64,000 bases of DNA, from NCBI GenBank assembly GCA_963771175.1, contig CAVYSY010000001.1:160001-224000 (forward strand). The letters are read 5' to 3'. The position numbers were made by a program, and so were the translations under genes. Below the pieces are notes generated by a model. It searched no databases, had not been told where the DNA came from, and worked only from the letters and a program-made list of their open reading frames with translations. This document shows positions 37,581 to 49,141 of this stretch, piece by piece; position 1 is the stretch's first letter, and each line of letters starts with the position of its first letter. The DNA is from an uncultured delta proteobacterium (GTDB lineage Bacteria > Myxococcota > Myxococcia > Myxococcales > Myxococcaceae).

Positions 37581-38990
37581 GTGACTCACATGGCGGGCAC
37601 CCAGGCACGCACACGCATGGAGGCGCGGCTCGACTCCCCGCGTCGCGCACGACCGCGTGACGTCCAGCCGTTGCGCTGGTGGGTGCGGCACAGGCTGTGG
37701 CTGCAGCCCGTGCTGGGCGCGGTGGTGGGCGCCTGCCTGGGCGTGTTGCTCGTGGCGCCCCCCTGGCCCCTCGCCCGGGTGATGGGCGGGGTGGCCTGGC
37801 AGGCCACGGCGGCGGAGGCTCGGAGCATGCTCGCCACGGCGCTGGGCATCGCGGTGTCCTCGCTGAGCATCGTCCTGTCCCTGTCCATGCTCGTGGTGCA
37901 GAACGCCGCCGGGCAGTACTCGCCACGCCTGCTGCGCCTGTTCCTGCACAGCGCGGGCATCCGCGTGGTCATCCCGGTGTTCGTTGCCACCAGCGTCTTC
38001 TGCCTCGTGGCCGCGCACGAGTTCGGGTTCGTCTCCGGAGCCGAGCGCGCGCCGCGCCCGGCGCTCAGCGTGACCATGCTGCTGCTTGTTGCCTGTGAGG
38101 GGGCGCTGATCTTCCAGGTGCTCGACGCCCTCCAGCTCATGCGCGTGGAGAACCTGGTCCGGCAGGTCCGCCGGGACACGCTGCGCGTCGCGCGGGCACT
38201 GGAGCACTCCCGGCGCGGGGACATGGAGACGCCGGCCGTGGTGCCGGCTCGCGCTGGTGGGGCATGGCCGCTTCGGGTCCACAGGGATGGTTTCGTCGTC
38301 GCCGTGAATGCACGGGCGCTGCTGGCGGTGGCCACGGCGCGGGGGCTCGTCGTCCATGTGGACCGTGCCATCGGCGAGCCGGTGATTCAGGGCGGAGAGG
38401 TGGGCTGGGTCGAGGCCGCGGGCCACCGTCCCTCCGCGTCGCGCGAAGCCTCCGAGCCCCTCCTGCTCCGCGCCATCCTCCTGGACCGCTGGCGGAACGA
38501 GGACGCGGACGTCGCCCTGGGCGTGCGGCAGCTCGTGGACATGGCCATCAAGGCGCTATCTCCAGGCATCAACGACCCCTATACAGCCGTGGAGGTGGTG
38601 GATCAGCTCACCTTCTTGCTGTGCGAGCTGAGCCAGATGCACCTGGGCCCCCGGGTGCTGGCAGATGAGGCGGGGCGTGCGCGCGTCTTCCTGCGTGCCC
38701 CCTCGCTGAGCGACTACCTGGAGCTCGCAACGGACCAGATCCTCCGTTACGGCGGCGGCGAGCCTGCCGTGGTGTTCCGGTTGCTGCGGCTGGCGGGGGC
38801 CAGCGGACAGCGCGCGCGGGACGCGCGAGACCGGCAGGCGGCTCGCGAGACGCTGCACCGGGTCCTGGCGGAGGCGGAGCGGGCCCACGCCGACTCCCCG
38901 TGGCTCGAGTCACTCCGCCGGCATGCGGAGGCCCTGGAGCTCGCATTGGATGGCGGACCGCTCCCACCGCTGCCAGCCATTGGCTTCTGA
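37581..38990 (+). CDS. DUF2254 family membrane protein
   Basis: QYSPRLLRLF, QLVDMAIKALSPGINDPYTA motifs; exact start uncertain. Confidence 0.85.
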   Translation: MTHMAGTQARTRMEARLDSPRRARPRDVQPLRWWVRHRLWLQPVLGAVVGACLGVLLVAPPWPLARVMGGVAWQATAAEARSMLATALGIAVSSLSIVLSLSMLVVQNAAGQYSPRLLRLFLHSAGIRVVIPVFVATSVFCLVAAHEFGFVSGAERAPRPALSVTMLLLVACEGALIFQVLDALQLMRVENLVRQVRRDTLRVARALEHSRRGDMETPAVVPARAGGAWPLRVHRDGFVVAVNARALLAVATARGLVVHVDRAIGEPVIQGGEVGWVEAAGHRPSASREASEPLLLRAILLDRWRNEDADVALGVRQLVDMAIKALSPGINDPYTAVEVVDQLTFLLCELSQMHLGPRVLADEAGRARVFLRAPSLSDYLELATDQILRYGGGEPAVVFRLLRLAGASGQRARDARDRQAARETLHRVLAEAERAHADSPWLESLRRHAEALELALDGGPLPPLPAIGF

Positions 38991-39148
38991 GACTCCATTC
39001 GGGGGTGAGCTGCTCGCTCAAGCAGTCCGGCGGGCACCGGCGGAGGGCCCTGGGAGCGGACGGCAAGTCCCCCGCGAGGGGTCCGCTTGTCCCGGGCGAG
39101 TGTCGGCCTAGCTTCACTTGTACACCGACGGAAGGGACGGGTGGGTTG

Positions 39149-40105
39149 ATGGGAAGCGAGCGACACGCGGGGCCCGTCGAGGCGCTTCGCAACCTGGCCT
39201 TGTCGTTGGAGCGTATGGTGGCGAGCGAGGCCGCGAGCGGCGCGGTGCGCGGTGCGGCCGACGGGCTGCGCAAGGAGGTGCCGGAGCTCGACGGGCAGCT
39301 GCGCACGCTCGTCCACGACGCACTCACGGTGCTCGCGCGGCTGACGCATGAGGCGGCCGAGCGCGAGGGCGCGGAGCCGGGGTCCTCGGCCCACGTGCTG
39401 GCGGCCGCGGCCATGCAGGGGGTGCTGGAGGCGCTGGAGCGGGAGCGGCGGGAGGGCGGCTTGCCCCTCCATGCCTTCATGGATCGCCTCAACCACCTCT
39501 TCGACGACATGGTGGAGTACGCCCGCTCCCGCACCGATGAGATTCGCACCCCGGGGCCGCGGGCCCGGATCATTGTCCGGAGCATGGTGACAGAGGCCGC
39601 GGACCAACTGCATGAGGTGATGCCGGCACTCGCGGAGGACGCGCGGGTGCTGGCCCCGCTGGGGGCGGAGGTGGCCTCGAAGGTGGGGCGGGGGCTCGTC
39701 GAGGGCATCGGGTCGAAGCTCCACGAGGACTCCGACGCTCTCGTGGGCCTGCTGGAGCGCGTCGGCCGGGGCCTGGTGCGGGGACTGGCCGCGGGCCTCC
39801 GCGAGGAGCTGGCGTCCAGCCCGGTGGCCTCGGGCGAGGCGCTGGGCGCCTCCCTGGAGAAGCTCGCCGAGCGCACCGCCGCCGCGACCGTCCGGGGCGC
39901 GGGCGGGGCGCTGGAAAGCCAGGGGCGCCGCTGGCGAGACTCCCTGCGGAGTGAGGGGGCGCTGCGGCATGCGAGCCGGGAGCTTACGGCGGGCGCGTTG
40001 GAGGCGCTCGGGGCGGGCCTGCGCCGTCCCCTGCTGGCGGTGGCGGGCGCGGGCAGCGCGCTCGTGTTCCTCTCCGTGCTGGCGGTGCGCTGGCGCGGCG
40101 CCTAA
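39149..40105 (+). CDS. Hypothetical Ala/Gly/Leu-rich helical protein with C-terminal TM
   Basis: Coding-like composition from MGSERHAGP; hydrophobic C-terminus. Confidence 0.65.
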   Translation: MGSERHAGPVEALRNLALSLERMVASEAASGAVRGAADGLRKEVPELDGQLRTLVHDALTVLARLTHEAAEREGAEPGSSAHVLAAAAMQGVLEALERERREGGLPLHAFMDRLNHLFDDMVEYARSRTDEIRTPGPRARIIVRSMVTEAADQLHEVMPALAEDARVLAPLGAEVASKVGRGLVEGIGSKLHEDSDALVGLLERVGRGLVRGLAAGLREELASSPVASGEALGASLEKLAERTAAATVRGAGGALESQGRRWRDSLRSEGALRHASRELTAGALEALGAGLRRPLLAVAGAGSALVFLSVLAVRWRGA

Positions 40106-40149
40106 GGAGGTCCGCCGCCCAGGGGTGTTCGAGGATTGCGATCGGTCGT

Positions 40150-41076
40150 TTAGAAACGATAGTTGAAGATGATCCAGAGATTGTTTCCGCGCACGATGTC
40201 GTGGGCCGCGAACTCCCAGTGTGCTCGAACCCGAAGCGTGAGCGGATCGAAGAGCGACAGACTGGCTTCGGGTCCGACTCCGAAGAGCCGGTAGCGGTCG
40301 TCATCAGTCCCAGGAGGCCCGCCTTCCTGTGCTGTGATTTGCCACACCCCGAAACCAGAAAGACCGACGTCGAGTTGATGATCGGCCACGCGAAACATTC
40401 GACCCGCGCCCCAGTCGACGACGAGGTCGGCGCCCGGTTTGATCCCGGAGCCGCGCTGCTCGAAGTTCTGCTCGATGCGCGCGACGGCAGAGATGCTCCA
40501 CGCAGCTCGGTCTCCGCCCGGGTAATAGACCCCACCCAGGGAATAGACGAGCGCCCAGAAGCCAGTGCCGCGGTTACTGGCCGACCCCGGCGAGAACCTT
40601 CCCGATGGCGTCCATACCGTGAACTGGATCTGGTAGTCGAACGAGGTGCTTTTGCCATAGAGGGAAATCGGCGTGACCAGGATGTCCCCAAGGCCGAATC
40701 CGGACTCGCCCGCCGGTGAGGAAAGATCGCCGGTCGCGAACGGGATTCCGGCGAGCGCTCCGTATCGGAATCCGAGGAACTCCCAGTCCGTCGTCCACGT
40801 GAACATGCTGATGTTGGCGTAGCGCAGTTCATCGATCTCCTGCACCGGTGTGCCGGATGCCCCGACGAGCTGGAGGTTGGTGAAGAACCGGCTGAAGTTC
40901 GTGTACGCGAACCCCGGGTCGGGCGTACTTGCGCCCCGAATGCCCGACTGCCCCGGAGGGTAGTGTCCGGTGACCGGCGTCTGCATCTGCGCGAGAGCCT
41001 CGGGCCCGATGCACACGCTCAGGAACAGGAACAGGAGTTGCCCCGAAGCTCCTCTTCGAAGAGAACGCAGTAACAT
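40150..41076 (-). CDS. SphA / phenol-MetA-pathway-type outer membrane transporter
   Basis: Signal peptide, GHYPPG, GFGLGDILVTP, C-terminal YRF. Confidence 0.75.
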   Translation of the reverse strand: MLLRSLRRGASGQLLFLFLSVCIGPEALAQMQTPVTGHYPPGQSGIRGASTPDPGFAYTNFSRFFTNLQLVGASGTPVQEIDELRYANISMFTWTTDWEFLGFRYGALAGIPFATGDLSSPAGESGFGLGDILVTPISLYGKSTSFDYQIQFTVWTPSGRFSPGSASNRGTGFWALVYSLGGVYYPGGDRAAWSISAVARIEQNFEQRGSGIKPGADLVVDWGAGRMFRVADHQLDVGLSGFGVWQITAQEGGPPGTDDDRYRLFGVGPEASLSLFDPLTLRVRAHWEFAAHDIVRGNNLWIIFNYRF

Positions 41077-41285
41077 CTGCACTCCTTCTTCGAACCAAAC
41101 CAACGGGTAACCGCTCTCCCGTCAGCACGCCCAAATGAGGGAATGCCTCAGGCCGCGGTCCCATCAGGCTGTCAAATAGCCAGGCGAGTGCTGGGCCGAT
41201 GCTCCCTACTCGTCCTGTCCAAGATGCCATCGACATCCGAGAGCCAGCCCTTGGCAGCGGACTCCACCAAACCTAACTCTCCGAT

Positions 41286-41819
41286 ATGGAGATCAAACCC
41301 AAGGCCGTCGCGATCCCGAAGTCGACCGACCACCTCGAGAAGGGGAAGTACGGCCCGATCTTCCCCAAGACGCCCGCGTGTTACGGGTTCACCATCATCG
41401 CGAACGTCAAGCCGGGCAGGGCGGAGGCGATGCGCAGCTACGGCGAGAGGCTCGCGAAGGCGCTCGAGGCCGACCCCCACGTCCTCGCGCCGCTCAAGCT
41501 CCACTACCTGCGCTGGGTGCTCTTCGATAACGACACCCGGTTCATGTACCAGGGGATCTTCGACACGGACTTCGACAAGTACACCGAGGACGCGGTCGTG
41601 CTCTTCCGGAAGGTCGGCATCGACACGGCCTTCGAGAACCTCGAGGGCTTTCCGACGGACTGGAAGACGAACACGCCTGCGTTCGTCAAGTTCATCCGCG
41701 ACCACCAGTGCCAGAGCTTCCTCGAGTACGGGGAGTATCCCTATGTCACGAGCGACGAGATCAAGAAGGCCCTGAAGATCAAGGCCGCCCTCGCCGAGAT
41801 GCTCGAGCAGATGCAGTAG
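41286..41819 (+). CDS. Hypothetical protein at the head of the Dyp-peroxidase operon
   Basis: 177-aa ORF with strong codon bias; LHYLRWVLFD...FDTDFDKY. Confidence 0.8.
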   Translation: MEIKPKAVAIPKSTDHLEKGKYGPIFPKTPACYGFTIIANVKPGRAEAMRSYGERLAKALEADPHVLAPLKLHYLRWVLFDNDTRFMYQGIFDTDFDKYTEDAVVLFRKVGIDTAFENLEGFPTDWKTNTPAFVKFIRDHQCQSFLEYGEYPYVTSDEIKKALKIKAALAEMLEQMQ

Positions 41820-41828
41820 GAGGCCGCC

Positions 41829-42906
41829 ATGAGCGAAGCGAAGACCGCGCGGACGTACAACCAGGACCACAAGGCCGCGGAAGTACGCCAAGGGCCGCCG
41901 GCGGGTCAGCGTCTACATCGCCTGGAGCTATCCCGGGGAGGCCAACCGAGACCCGACGGAGCTCGACAACCGCTTCTCGACGATGACCGAGGTGCGGCGG
42001 GTGCTCTGGCCCGACTACGAGGCGCCGCAGTGGGCCGACCCGCTGAGGTTCCAGCAGGGGATCGCCGGCTCGCTCGAGCTGTTCTTCTGGGCGTGGGTGA
42101 AGTTCCAGCGCGTCGTCGACGAGGTCACCGGGCACGTCGTCCCCATGTTCCAGCGCGTCGACCAGGCGGGCTTCACGCTTCCGCTCGACGAGCGAGTCCT
42201 CGCCGACACCGACACGCTGTTCGTCTTCGGTCTCGACCACATGGTCACCGAGCAGGTGCGCCGCTCCCGAGGAGATCGAGGCCGTTCGCGAGTTCCTCAA
42301 GCGCGAGGGGACCTGCCTCGTCATCGGCCCGCACCACGACGTCGGGCACTCGCCGGACATGAAGGAGCGCGACATGGAGTACCGCCACCACGGCGACGCG
42401 CTGGTGCCGCGCCAGCAACGCTTCGGCGGGTACACGCGTTCGCTGATGAAGGGACTCGGGATCCCCGTCGAGAATCGGTGGGGCCTTCGCCCCGCGGTCA
42501 TCACCGATGGACCGCGCCGCGACCGCCGCGAGCCTGGAAGTCGCGATCGGGACCACCGCGACGACCAGTCGAATCGCTCCGCTGACCGTCGTGAAGGACC
42601 TGGACACGCGCGGCTGGCTCACCGGCGTCCGCAACTTCAACTTCCACATGCACCTGCCGCACTACGCGGTGACGACGGAAGACACGCGCGTCCATCCACG
42701 TCCTGGCCCGACAGCCGATCGACCTGTCGAGGCCGCATCCCTTCACGAACGCGGGAAACAAGGAGTTCAACGCGCTCGTCTGGATGCCGCCGGGCGGCGG
42801 CAGGGCCGGCGACGTGCTGGTGGTCGACTCCACGGTCTTCAGCACGTTGTTCGGCAGCGACGAGAGCCTGGAGCGCTTCTGGAAGAACATCGCCACGGCC
42901 CAATAA
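41829..42906 (+). CDS. Hypothetical protein, split by several frameshifts
   Basis: Pieces MSEAKTARTYNQDH / MTEVRRVLWP / HHGDALVPRQQRF / NFNFHMHLPHY / ERFWKNIATAQ* in successive frames. Confidence 0.65.
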
Positions 42907-42907
42907 C

Positions 42908-44228
42908 GTGCTCGAGCTCGACGACATCCAGAGCGGCGTCCTGCGCCCCCGGCCCGCTCCGTACGCGGCGACCTACATCCTGCTCCGCATCGACGACCGC
43001 GCGAGCAGGACGGGAGCTGATGGGGCGCCTCGGCAAGCGTCGTGGCCTCGGCCGCCCACCCGACGAGCCCGGCGGCCGACACCTGGGTCAGCGTCTCGCT
43101 CACGTACCAGGGCCTCAAGGCGCTGGGCGTTCCGCAGGACTCGCTCGACAGCTTCGCGTGGGAGTTCCGGCAGGGGATGGCCGCGCGCGCGAAGGCGCTC
43201 GGCGACACCGGCGAGAGCAGCCCCGAGCACTGGGAGACGCCCACTCGGAACGAGCGACGTCCACGTCGTGCTCACCGCCGCTCTCGCCGGACCAGGAGCA
43301 GCTCGAAGCCGCGCTCGAGCGCGCCCGCAAGGCCTTCCGGGACCTTCCAGGCATCGAGGCGATCTGGCGCCAGGACTGCCATGCGCTGTCCACCGGCAAG
43401 GAGCCGTTCGGGTTCAGGGACGGAATCGGCTATCCCGCCGATCGAGGGGAGCGGTATTCCCGGCACCAATCCCCACGAGCAGCCGCTCAAGGCGGGCGAG
43501 TTCGTCCTCGGCTACCCCGACGAGACGGGCGGCTTCCCGCCGATGCCTCGCCCCGAGGTCCTGGGCCGCAACGGCACCTACGTCGTCTTCCGCAAGCTCC
43601 ACCAGCGCGTGGCGGCGTTCCGCCGGTACCTGAAGGAGAACGCGAGCAGCCCCGAGGAAGAGGAGCTGCTGGCGGCCAAGATGATGGGGCGATGGCGCAG
43701 CGGCGCTCCCCTGGCGCTCTGCCCGCTCCACGACGACCCGGAGCTGGGCGCCGATCCGCAGCGCAACAACGACTTCGTGTTCGCGGACGACCCGACGGGC
43801 TACAAGACGCCGCCCGGCGTCGCACATCCGGCGAGCGAACCCGCGCGATGCTTCCGTCGCCGGCGTCGTCCGGCTCCACCGGATGATCCGCCGCGGGACC
43901 GCCTACGGGCCCGAGCTTCCCGAGGGCGTCCTCGAGGACGACGGCGTCGATCGCGGGCTTGATGTTCGCCTTCGTCGGAGCGCACCTCGGGCGGCAGTTC
44001 GAGTTCGTGCAATCCGAGTGGGTCAACGGCGGTGACTTCCTCGGGCTGGGCGACGTGAAGGATCCGATCGCGGGTGCCCACGACGGGACCGGCGCGTATT
44101 CCATCCCGAGGCGGCCGATTCCACAGCGCCTGCGAGGTCTGCCGCGGTTCGTCGTCACGCGCGGTGGCGAGTACTGCTTCATGCCCGGACTGCGCGCGCT
44201 GCGCTGGCTCGCCGAGCTTCGGACATGA
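42908..44228 (+). CDS. Dyp-type peroxidase, split by frameshifts
   Basis: LELDDIQ, EPFGFRDGI (GxxDG), GEFVLGY, NGTYVVFRKLHQ, AKMMGRWRSG, QFEFVQSEW, FVVTRGGEYCFMP. Confidence 0.85.
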
Positions 44229-45653
44229 AGCCCGCGACCGTGGACGTCCTCGTGGTCGGTGGCGGACCGGCGGGTCTGCTCGCCGCGCTCCGCGCCGGAG
44301 ACCTGGGCGCCCGCACCACCCTGGTCACGCGCGGCGAGTTCGGCGGCATGGCCGCCCACGACGGGCCGGTTCCCGTGCGGACGCTGGCGCACGCGGCCCG
44401 GCTGATCCGCGACGCGCGGCAGCTCGGTCGGTACGGCATCGCCGTGCCGCGAGCCGGTGCTGGACTACCCGCGGCTGCTCGCGCGCGTGCGCGAGGTGGT
44501 GGGCGACGTGCGCGCCCACGCGGCGTTGCGCGAGCAGATCGATGCCGCGGGCGTCACCGTCCACGAGCGGGCCGGCGTCGCGCGCTTCGTGGACCCACAC
44601 ACCGTCGAGACCGCAGAGCGGGCTGCGACTTCGCGCCGAGAAGATCATCCTCTGCACCGGCGGGAGCCAGCCGGCGCCTCCCGGTCCCCGGATTCGAGCT
44701 GACGGCAACGCACAGCGATGCCTGGAGCCTGACGTCGGTTCCGCCGACGATGCTGGTCATTGGCGGGGGCGCGACCGGCGTGCAGGTCGCGTCGATCTTC
44801 AGCGCCTTCGGCACGCGCGTGGAGCTCTTCCAGGCGGCCCCGCGCATCCTGCCGACGGAGGACGAAGACGTGTCCGCGGCCGTCGCGGAGTCCTTTCGCA
44901 GGGCGGGCATCGGGGTGCACGAGGGCTTCGGCTCGATCGAGTCCTTCGAGAAGACGCCGAGCGGCGTGCGGATGATCTTCTCGAAGGACGGCGCACGAGC
45001 CAGCGCCGAGGCCGCGCTCGTGGTCGTGGCGGTGGGCTGGACGGCCAACACGGCCGCGCTCGGCCTCGCGACCGCCGGCGTCGAGACGGATCCCCGGGGA
45101 TTCGTGCGCGTCGACGCTCACCTGCGCACCTCCGCGCCGCACATCTTCGCCGCCGGAGACGTGACCGGCCGACTGATGCTCGTACCGCAGGCGTTGCAGG
45201 ACGGCTTCGTGGCCGCGACCAACGCCGTGCGAGGGCCAACGATGGCGACCGCAGACACGGTGTCGCCCGATCGGGAGCTTCACCGACCCCGAGTATGCGC
45301 AAGCGGGCCTGACCGAGGCGAAGGCGCGTGAAACGCACGACGTCGTGGTGGCGGTGGTGCGCTTCGACTCGACGACGCGCACGATCATCGACGGGCGAAC
45401 GACCGGCTTCTGCAAGCTGATCGTCGACCGCGCGACGCGCACGATTCTGGGTTGCCACGTCGTCGGCGAGCGTGCGGTCGACATCGTGCAGACGGCCGCG
45501 ATCGCCATCGCCGCGGGAATGCGCGTGGACGAGCTCGCGCGCGTTCCGCTTTCGTTCCCGACCTACACGGGTATCCTGGGTCGCGCCGCAGCAACCGCCG
45601 CTCGCCAGCTCAGTCGGGATGTTGGCCGAGGTCGCTTCGCGGAACTGCTATGA
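44225..45653 (+). CDS. Dihydrolipoyl-dehydrogenase-family flavoprotein lacking the redox disulfide (LpdA-like); frameshifted
   Basis: GGGPAG, GGGATG, IFAAGDVTG, FTDPEYA; GGMAAHDGPVP replaces GGxCxxxGCxP. Confidence 0.8.
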
Positions 45654-45654
45654 C

Positions 45655-45935
45655 CGCTAGCGAGAACGCTACATAGCGCTTGAGCCAGAAGTACACCGAG
45701 GGTCGGCTCAACCCCGTCACATGCGCTGCCTCGGCCAGCGTACGGCCCTCGGCCACGAGCAGCAGGGCCTGTGCGCGCCGGTACACGAGCACATCCTCCG
45801 CGTGCTGAAGCGCTCGCTGGAGCCGGACGCGGTCGTACCTGGTCAGCCCCCGCTGGGCGGGGCCCTGTGCCTTCCTCATCGGCGCACCGTCGGCCCCGCC
45901 GCACTATTGTGTCAGGAACTTTTGCCTACCTACTT
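45655..45935 (-). mobile_element. IS630-family remnant: putative left end plus N-terminal HTH of transposase (ATG 45879)
   Basis: YRRAQALLLVAEGRTLAEAAHVTGLSRPSVYFWLKRY is typical of an IS630 HTH; no DDE domain follows; AT-rich end TAGGTAGGCAAAAGTTCCTGACACAATAG. Confidence 0.65.
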
Positions 45936-45950
45936 GGTCCCCGCGCAACG

Positions 45951-47102
45951 TCAGAACAGGAGCTTGCCGAGCGACACCACCACCAAGAGGAAGCGCCGGT
46001 CGATGAAGAGCAGGGGCAGCATTGGCGCCATGGCCGCGCAGAGGATGGCCAGCACCGCGCGGAGGCTCACCGGGAACCAGCGCATGCGGCGCGCGGCGTC
46101 GAAGGTAGTGTCCAGGTCCGTGAGGGAAGAGAAGTCGGGGGCGCCCAGCGGCTCCTGCTCGGTGGCCTCCTCGCGGTGGAACCACCGGCGCTCGAAGTGC
46201 CGCGAGTGCCAGGCCGCCAGGACCGAGAAGTCGTAGTCCCCGCGTCGCTTCGCCGCCAGGAGCTGGGGGGAGAAGGGGAGCAGCGGGGCGAACAGGATGA
46301 AGAAGGAGACGATCGCGACGGCGAGCAGGCGGATGGCGATAGTGTTGAGGTCTCCGCTTGGGTGGCGCTGCAGGTACTGCGCGGTGAGCGGGCATGACAC
46401 CGCGAAGACGATGACGGAGAAGCTGGCCTGGCAGGTGCTGAGGAAGTACAGGCCGCCCGTGGCGTCGGGATGGGTTGGCAGAAGGGCCAGCGGCAGCCGG
46501 GAGACCCTGAACAGGAAGACAGTCCACAGGGCGCTCCTCCACAGCCACCGCAGCAGCAGGAACCGCAGCAGGGGCAGGCTCAGCCAGAGGTACCACCACC
46601 CGGCCAGGGAGAGCCGGCCGCCGGGCTCTGTCAGGAGCCAATCCGGGCTCGCCTGGAGGGGCACGTCCACGAAGGACAGGGCATAGGCGGCCAGCAGCAA
46701 TCCGGCCTCGACGGAGGCCTTTTTCCGCAGCCGCATCACCCCGCGCGCGATGTCCTCGAAGGCGGCCAGGTGCTTCGCGCCAATCAACTTCGAGGAGACG
46801 AACTGGCGCACGGCCGTCGCGAGGCTTGCATCGATGTAGGGCTCGGCCGCGATGAGCATCGGCAGGGACACCAGCAACCGGACCTGGAGTAGGACATCGA
46901 GCAGAAAGGCGCGAGTCACCGCGGGCCCGCCGTGAAGCAACGACAGGACGAGGAGCGGCAACCAGCTCACCAGCAATACGAAGAGGATGCGCCGGAGCAG
47001 GGAGGGACGGCGCGGGCGGGCGAGGTGGCGCCACCGTCCGAGGCGGACGAGCGGGTCTCCTCGGACGAGCGAGAAGTCGAGTAGCGAGGCGGGGACGTCC
47101 AT
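45951..47102 (-). CDS. Hypothetical polytopic membrane protein
   Basis: 383 aa with multiple TM segments; PTHPDATGGL motif. Confidence 0.75.
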   Translation of the reverse strand: MDVPASLLDFSLVRGDPLVRLGRWRHLARPRRPSLLRRILFVLLVSWLPLLVLSLLHGGPAVTRAFLLDVLLQVRLLVSLPMLIAAEPYIDASLATAVRQFVSSKLIGAKHLAAFEDIARGVMRLRKKASVEAGLLLAAYALSFVDVPLQASPDWLLTEPGGRLSLAGWWYLWLSLPLLRFLLLRWLWRSALWTVFLFRVSRLPLALLPTHPDATGGLYFLSTCQASFSVIVFAVSCPLTAQYLQRHPSGDLNTIAIRLLAVAIVSFFILFAPLLPFSPQLLAAKRRGDYDFSVLAAWHSRHFERRWFHREEATEQEPLGAPDFSSLTDLDTTFDAARRMRWFPVSLRAVLAILCAAMAPMLPLLFIDRRFLLVVVSLGKLLF

Positions 47103-47126
47103 GGACGCCTCAAAGACCGCGCAGCC

Positions 47127-47795
47127 TCAGAGGCGCACGCCGAGGATGAACGGCAGGTACATGCCGTTGGCCCGCCGCGAGCCGCTCGGCGTGTCGAACT
47201 TCGGGCCGAAGACATAGTGGTAGCGGGCCTCCACGAAGACGCGCAGGGGGCCCGCGTACCGCAGCGTGACGCCGACGCCCACGTTGAGCCCGAGGTCCGT
47301 GGAGCTGATGGAGCCCAGGGTCTCTCCCACGGGGACGGCGCCGCTGAAACAGGTGAAGAGCCATGGGTCGCAGAAGGGTGCGGAGGTGACGCCCTCGATG
47401 CGGGTGATGCGCACCCGGCGGTAGTACAGGCCGGGCCCACCCATGGCGTAGATGCCCACGCGGCGCTCGGGCAGGAGCTGGAAGACGGCGTCGAGGCCTC
47501 CGTACCGCATGGTGTGGTCGCCCTGGACGTCGTTCGCCTCCAGCACGTCCGACTTGACGGTGTACGTGCTTTGGAAGATCTCTCCCTGCAGGGCCACGCG
47601 GTCCGTGAACTCATACCCGGCCGTCACCTGGAGGCCACTCCCCGTCTCGAAGCGGCCGCCCGCGTCGGAGATGGGCAGGATGACGCTGCCTCCGGCGCTG
47701 AAGGTCAGGGGGACGTCCGGTTCTTCACTCGCCCACGCGCTCCTCGCGCTCACGAGCAGCAGCAGGGCCACGGGAATCGCGGAGCCGAGGCGCAT
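47127..47795 (-). CDS. Outer-membrane beta-barrel protein
   Basis: Signal peptide MRLGSAIPVALLLL...AWA; alternating beta strands; ends LGVRL. Confidence 0.75.
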   Translation of the reverse strand: MRLGSAIPVALLLLVSARSAWASEEPDVPLTFSAGGSVILPISDAGGRFETGSGLQVTAGYEFTDRVALQGEIFQSTYTVKSDVLEANDVQGDHTMRYGGLDAVFQLLPERRVGIYAMGGPGLYYRRVRITRIEGVTSAPFCDPWLFTCFSGAVPVGETLGSISSTDLGLNVGVGVTLRYAGPLRVFVEARYHYVFGPKFDTPSGSRRANGMYLPFILGVRL

Positions 47796-47997
47796 GGGGC
47801 CCCTCCTTCGAAGCAGCGGTGCATGAACGGTAGTGGCTCCGGGCCCGGGCGACCAGCACCCGGGACTCCGAGGCACGTGGGCTTCACCCACGTGACACAG
47901 GGGCTGCTCGCGCGCGACTGTCGGGAGCGCGACGGGATCACCGGCTCCCAGGGAGGGTCGGCGGGGGGCGCACGGATGCGCAGCTTGCGCCGGGCAC

Positions 47998-49141
47998 ATG
48001 TCTCCGGTTCTTCCCCCACGGCATCGGGTATCCATGGTGGTGCTCGCGGCACTCCTCTCGGCATGCGCCACGCTGAGTCCGCCCCGCTCGGAGCTGACCG
48101 AGCGCGTGGGGCGCTCGGACCTGGACGTGAGCGCGCTGCGGGTCCGTGTGCGCGACATGGCCCGGCGCTTCTCCGGCCTGCTGGAGGCGATGGCGGATGG
48201 CCTTGCCTCGCACTCGGATTCGCCCGAGGTGGCGCGGGCGATGCTCACGTTCAAGGCGAACGCGGTGCCCGCCATGCAGGGCGCGCTCTTCCAGTCGGAC
48301 CCGGTGGCCGCCCTGGTGGATGCCTGGGCGCTGCTGGCCCAACTCCAGGACGTGCTTCCGAAGCGGGCGGAGCTCGCCCCCCCGGAGTTGCAGGCCGAGG
48401 CCCGGCGCTCACTGGGCGACATGGAGTCACAGGTGGAGGCGCTGTGGCGCGAGCTCACGGGGCGCGAGGACGTGTCCTCCGCGCGGAGGCTCATCCATGA
48501 ATGGGCCGCCGCGCACCCGCTGACCGGAAACCTCGTCGCGCGCGAGTCCACCGCGCCACTGCTGGCCTCCGTGTCGGAGGTGTCGGGCGGCGGTCTGCTG
48601 AAGAGGGCGGCGGGTCTCCTGGAGGGAACTCGCGACATCATCCGCGCGGGTGGACCTCTATGCGTCCAGCCTCCCTCGTCAGGTCCGCTGGCAGGCGGAA
48701 CTCCTGGCCGCCGATGCCATGAGCGCGCCCACCCTCCAGTCCGCCACGGCCGAGCTGGCGCGCACGGTGGACATCCTCGATCGCGTGGGAGGCATGGCCG
48801 CGAACGCGCCCGCGCTGGTGGCCCGTGAGCGCTCGGCGGTGCTGGAGGCGCTGGACCAGGAGCGGCGGTCGCTCCAGGACTACATCTCCGGTGAGCGGCA
48901 GGCCGTCATGGCGGGGGTGGGGCAGGAGCGCGCGGCGGTGCTGGGCGCCCTGCATGCCGAGCGCGTGGCGACGCTCCAGCAGCTCGACGGCCTGGCCCTG
49001 GGCTGGGTGGACCACGCGTTCGACCGGGCGGGGCTCCTGGTGGATCGCGTCTTCCTGTGGCTGCTGGGGCTGGTGGGCCTGGGGCTGGTGGGCGGGCTCG
49101 TCCTCGTGGCGCTGCTGGCCCGCGTTTGGCGGCGCACGTGA
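47998..49141 (+). CDS. Putative lipoprotein with coiled-coil and C-terminal TM; frameshift ~48642
   Basis: Lipobox LSAC; continues in ORF 48650..49141. Confidence 0.65.
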
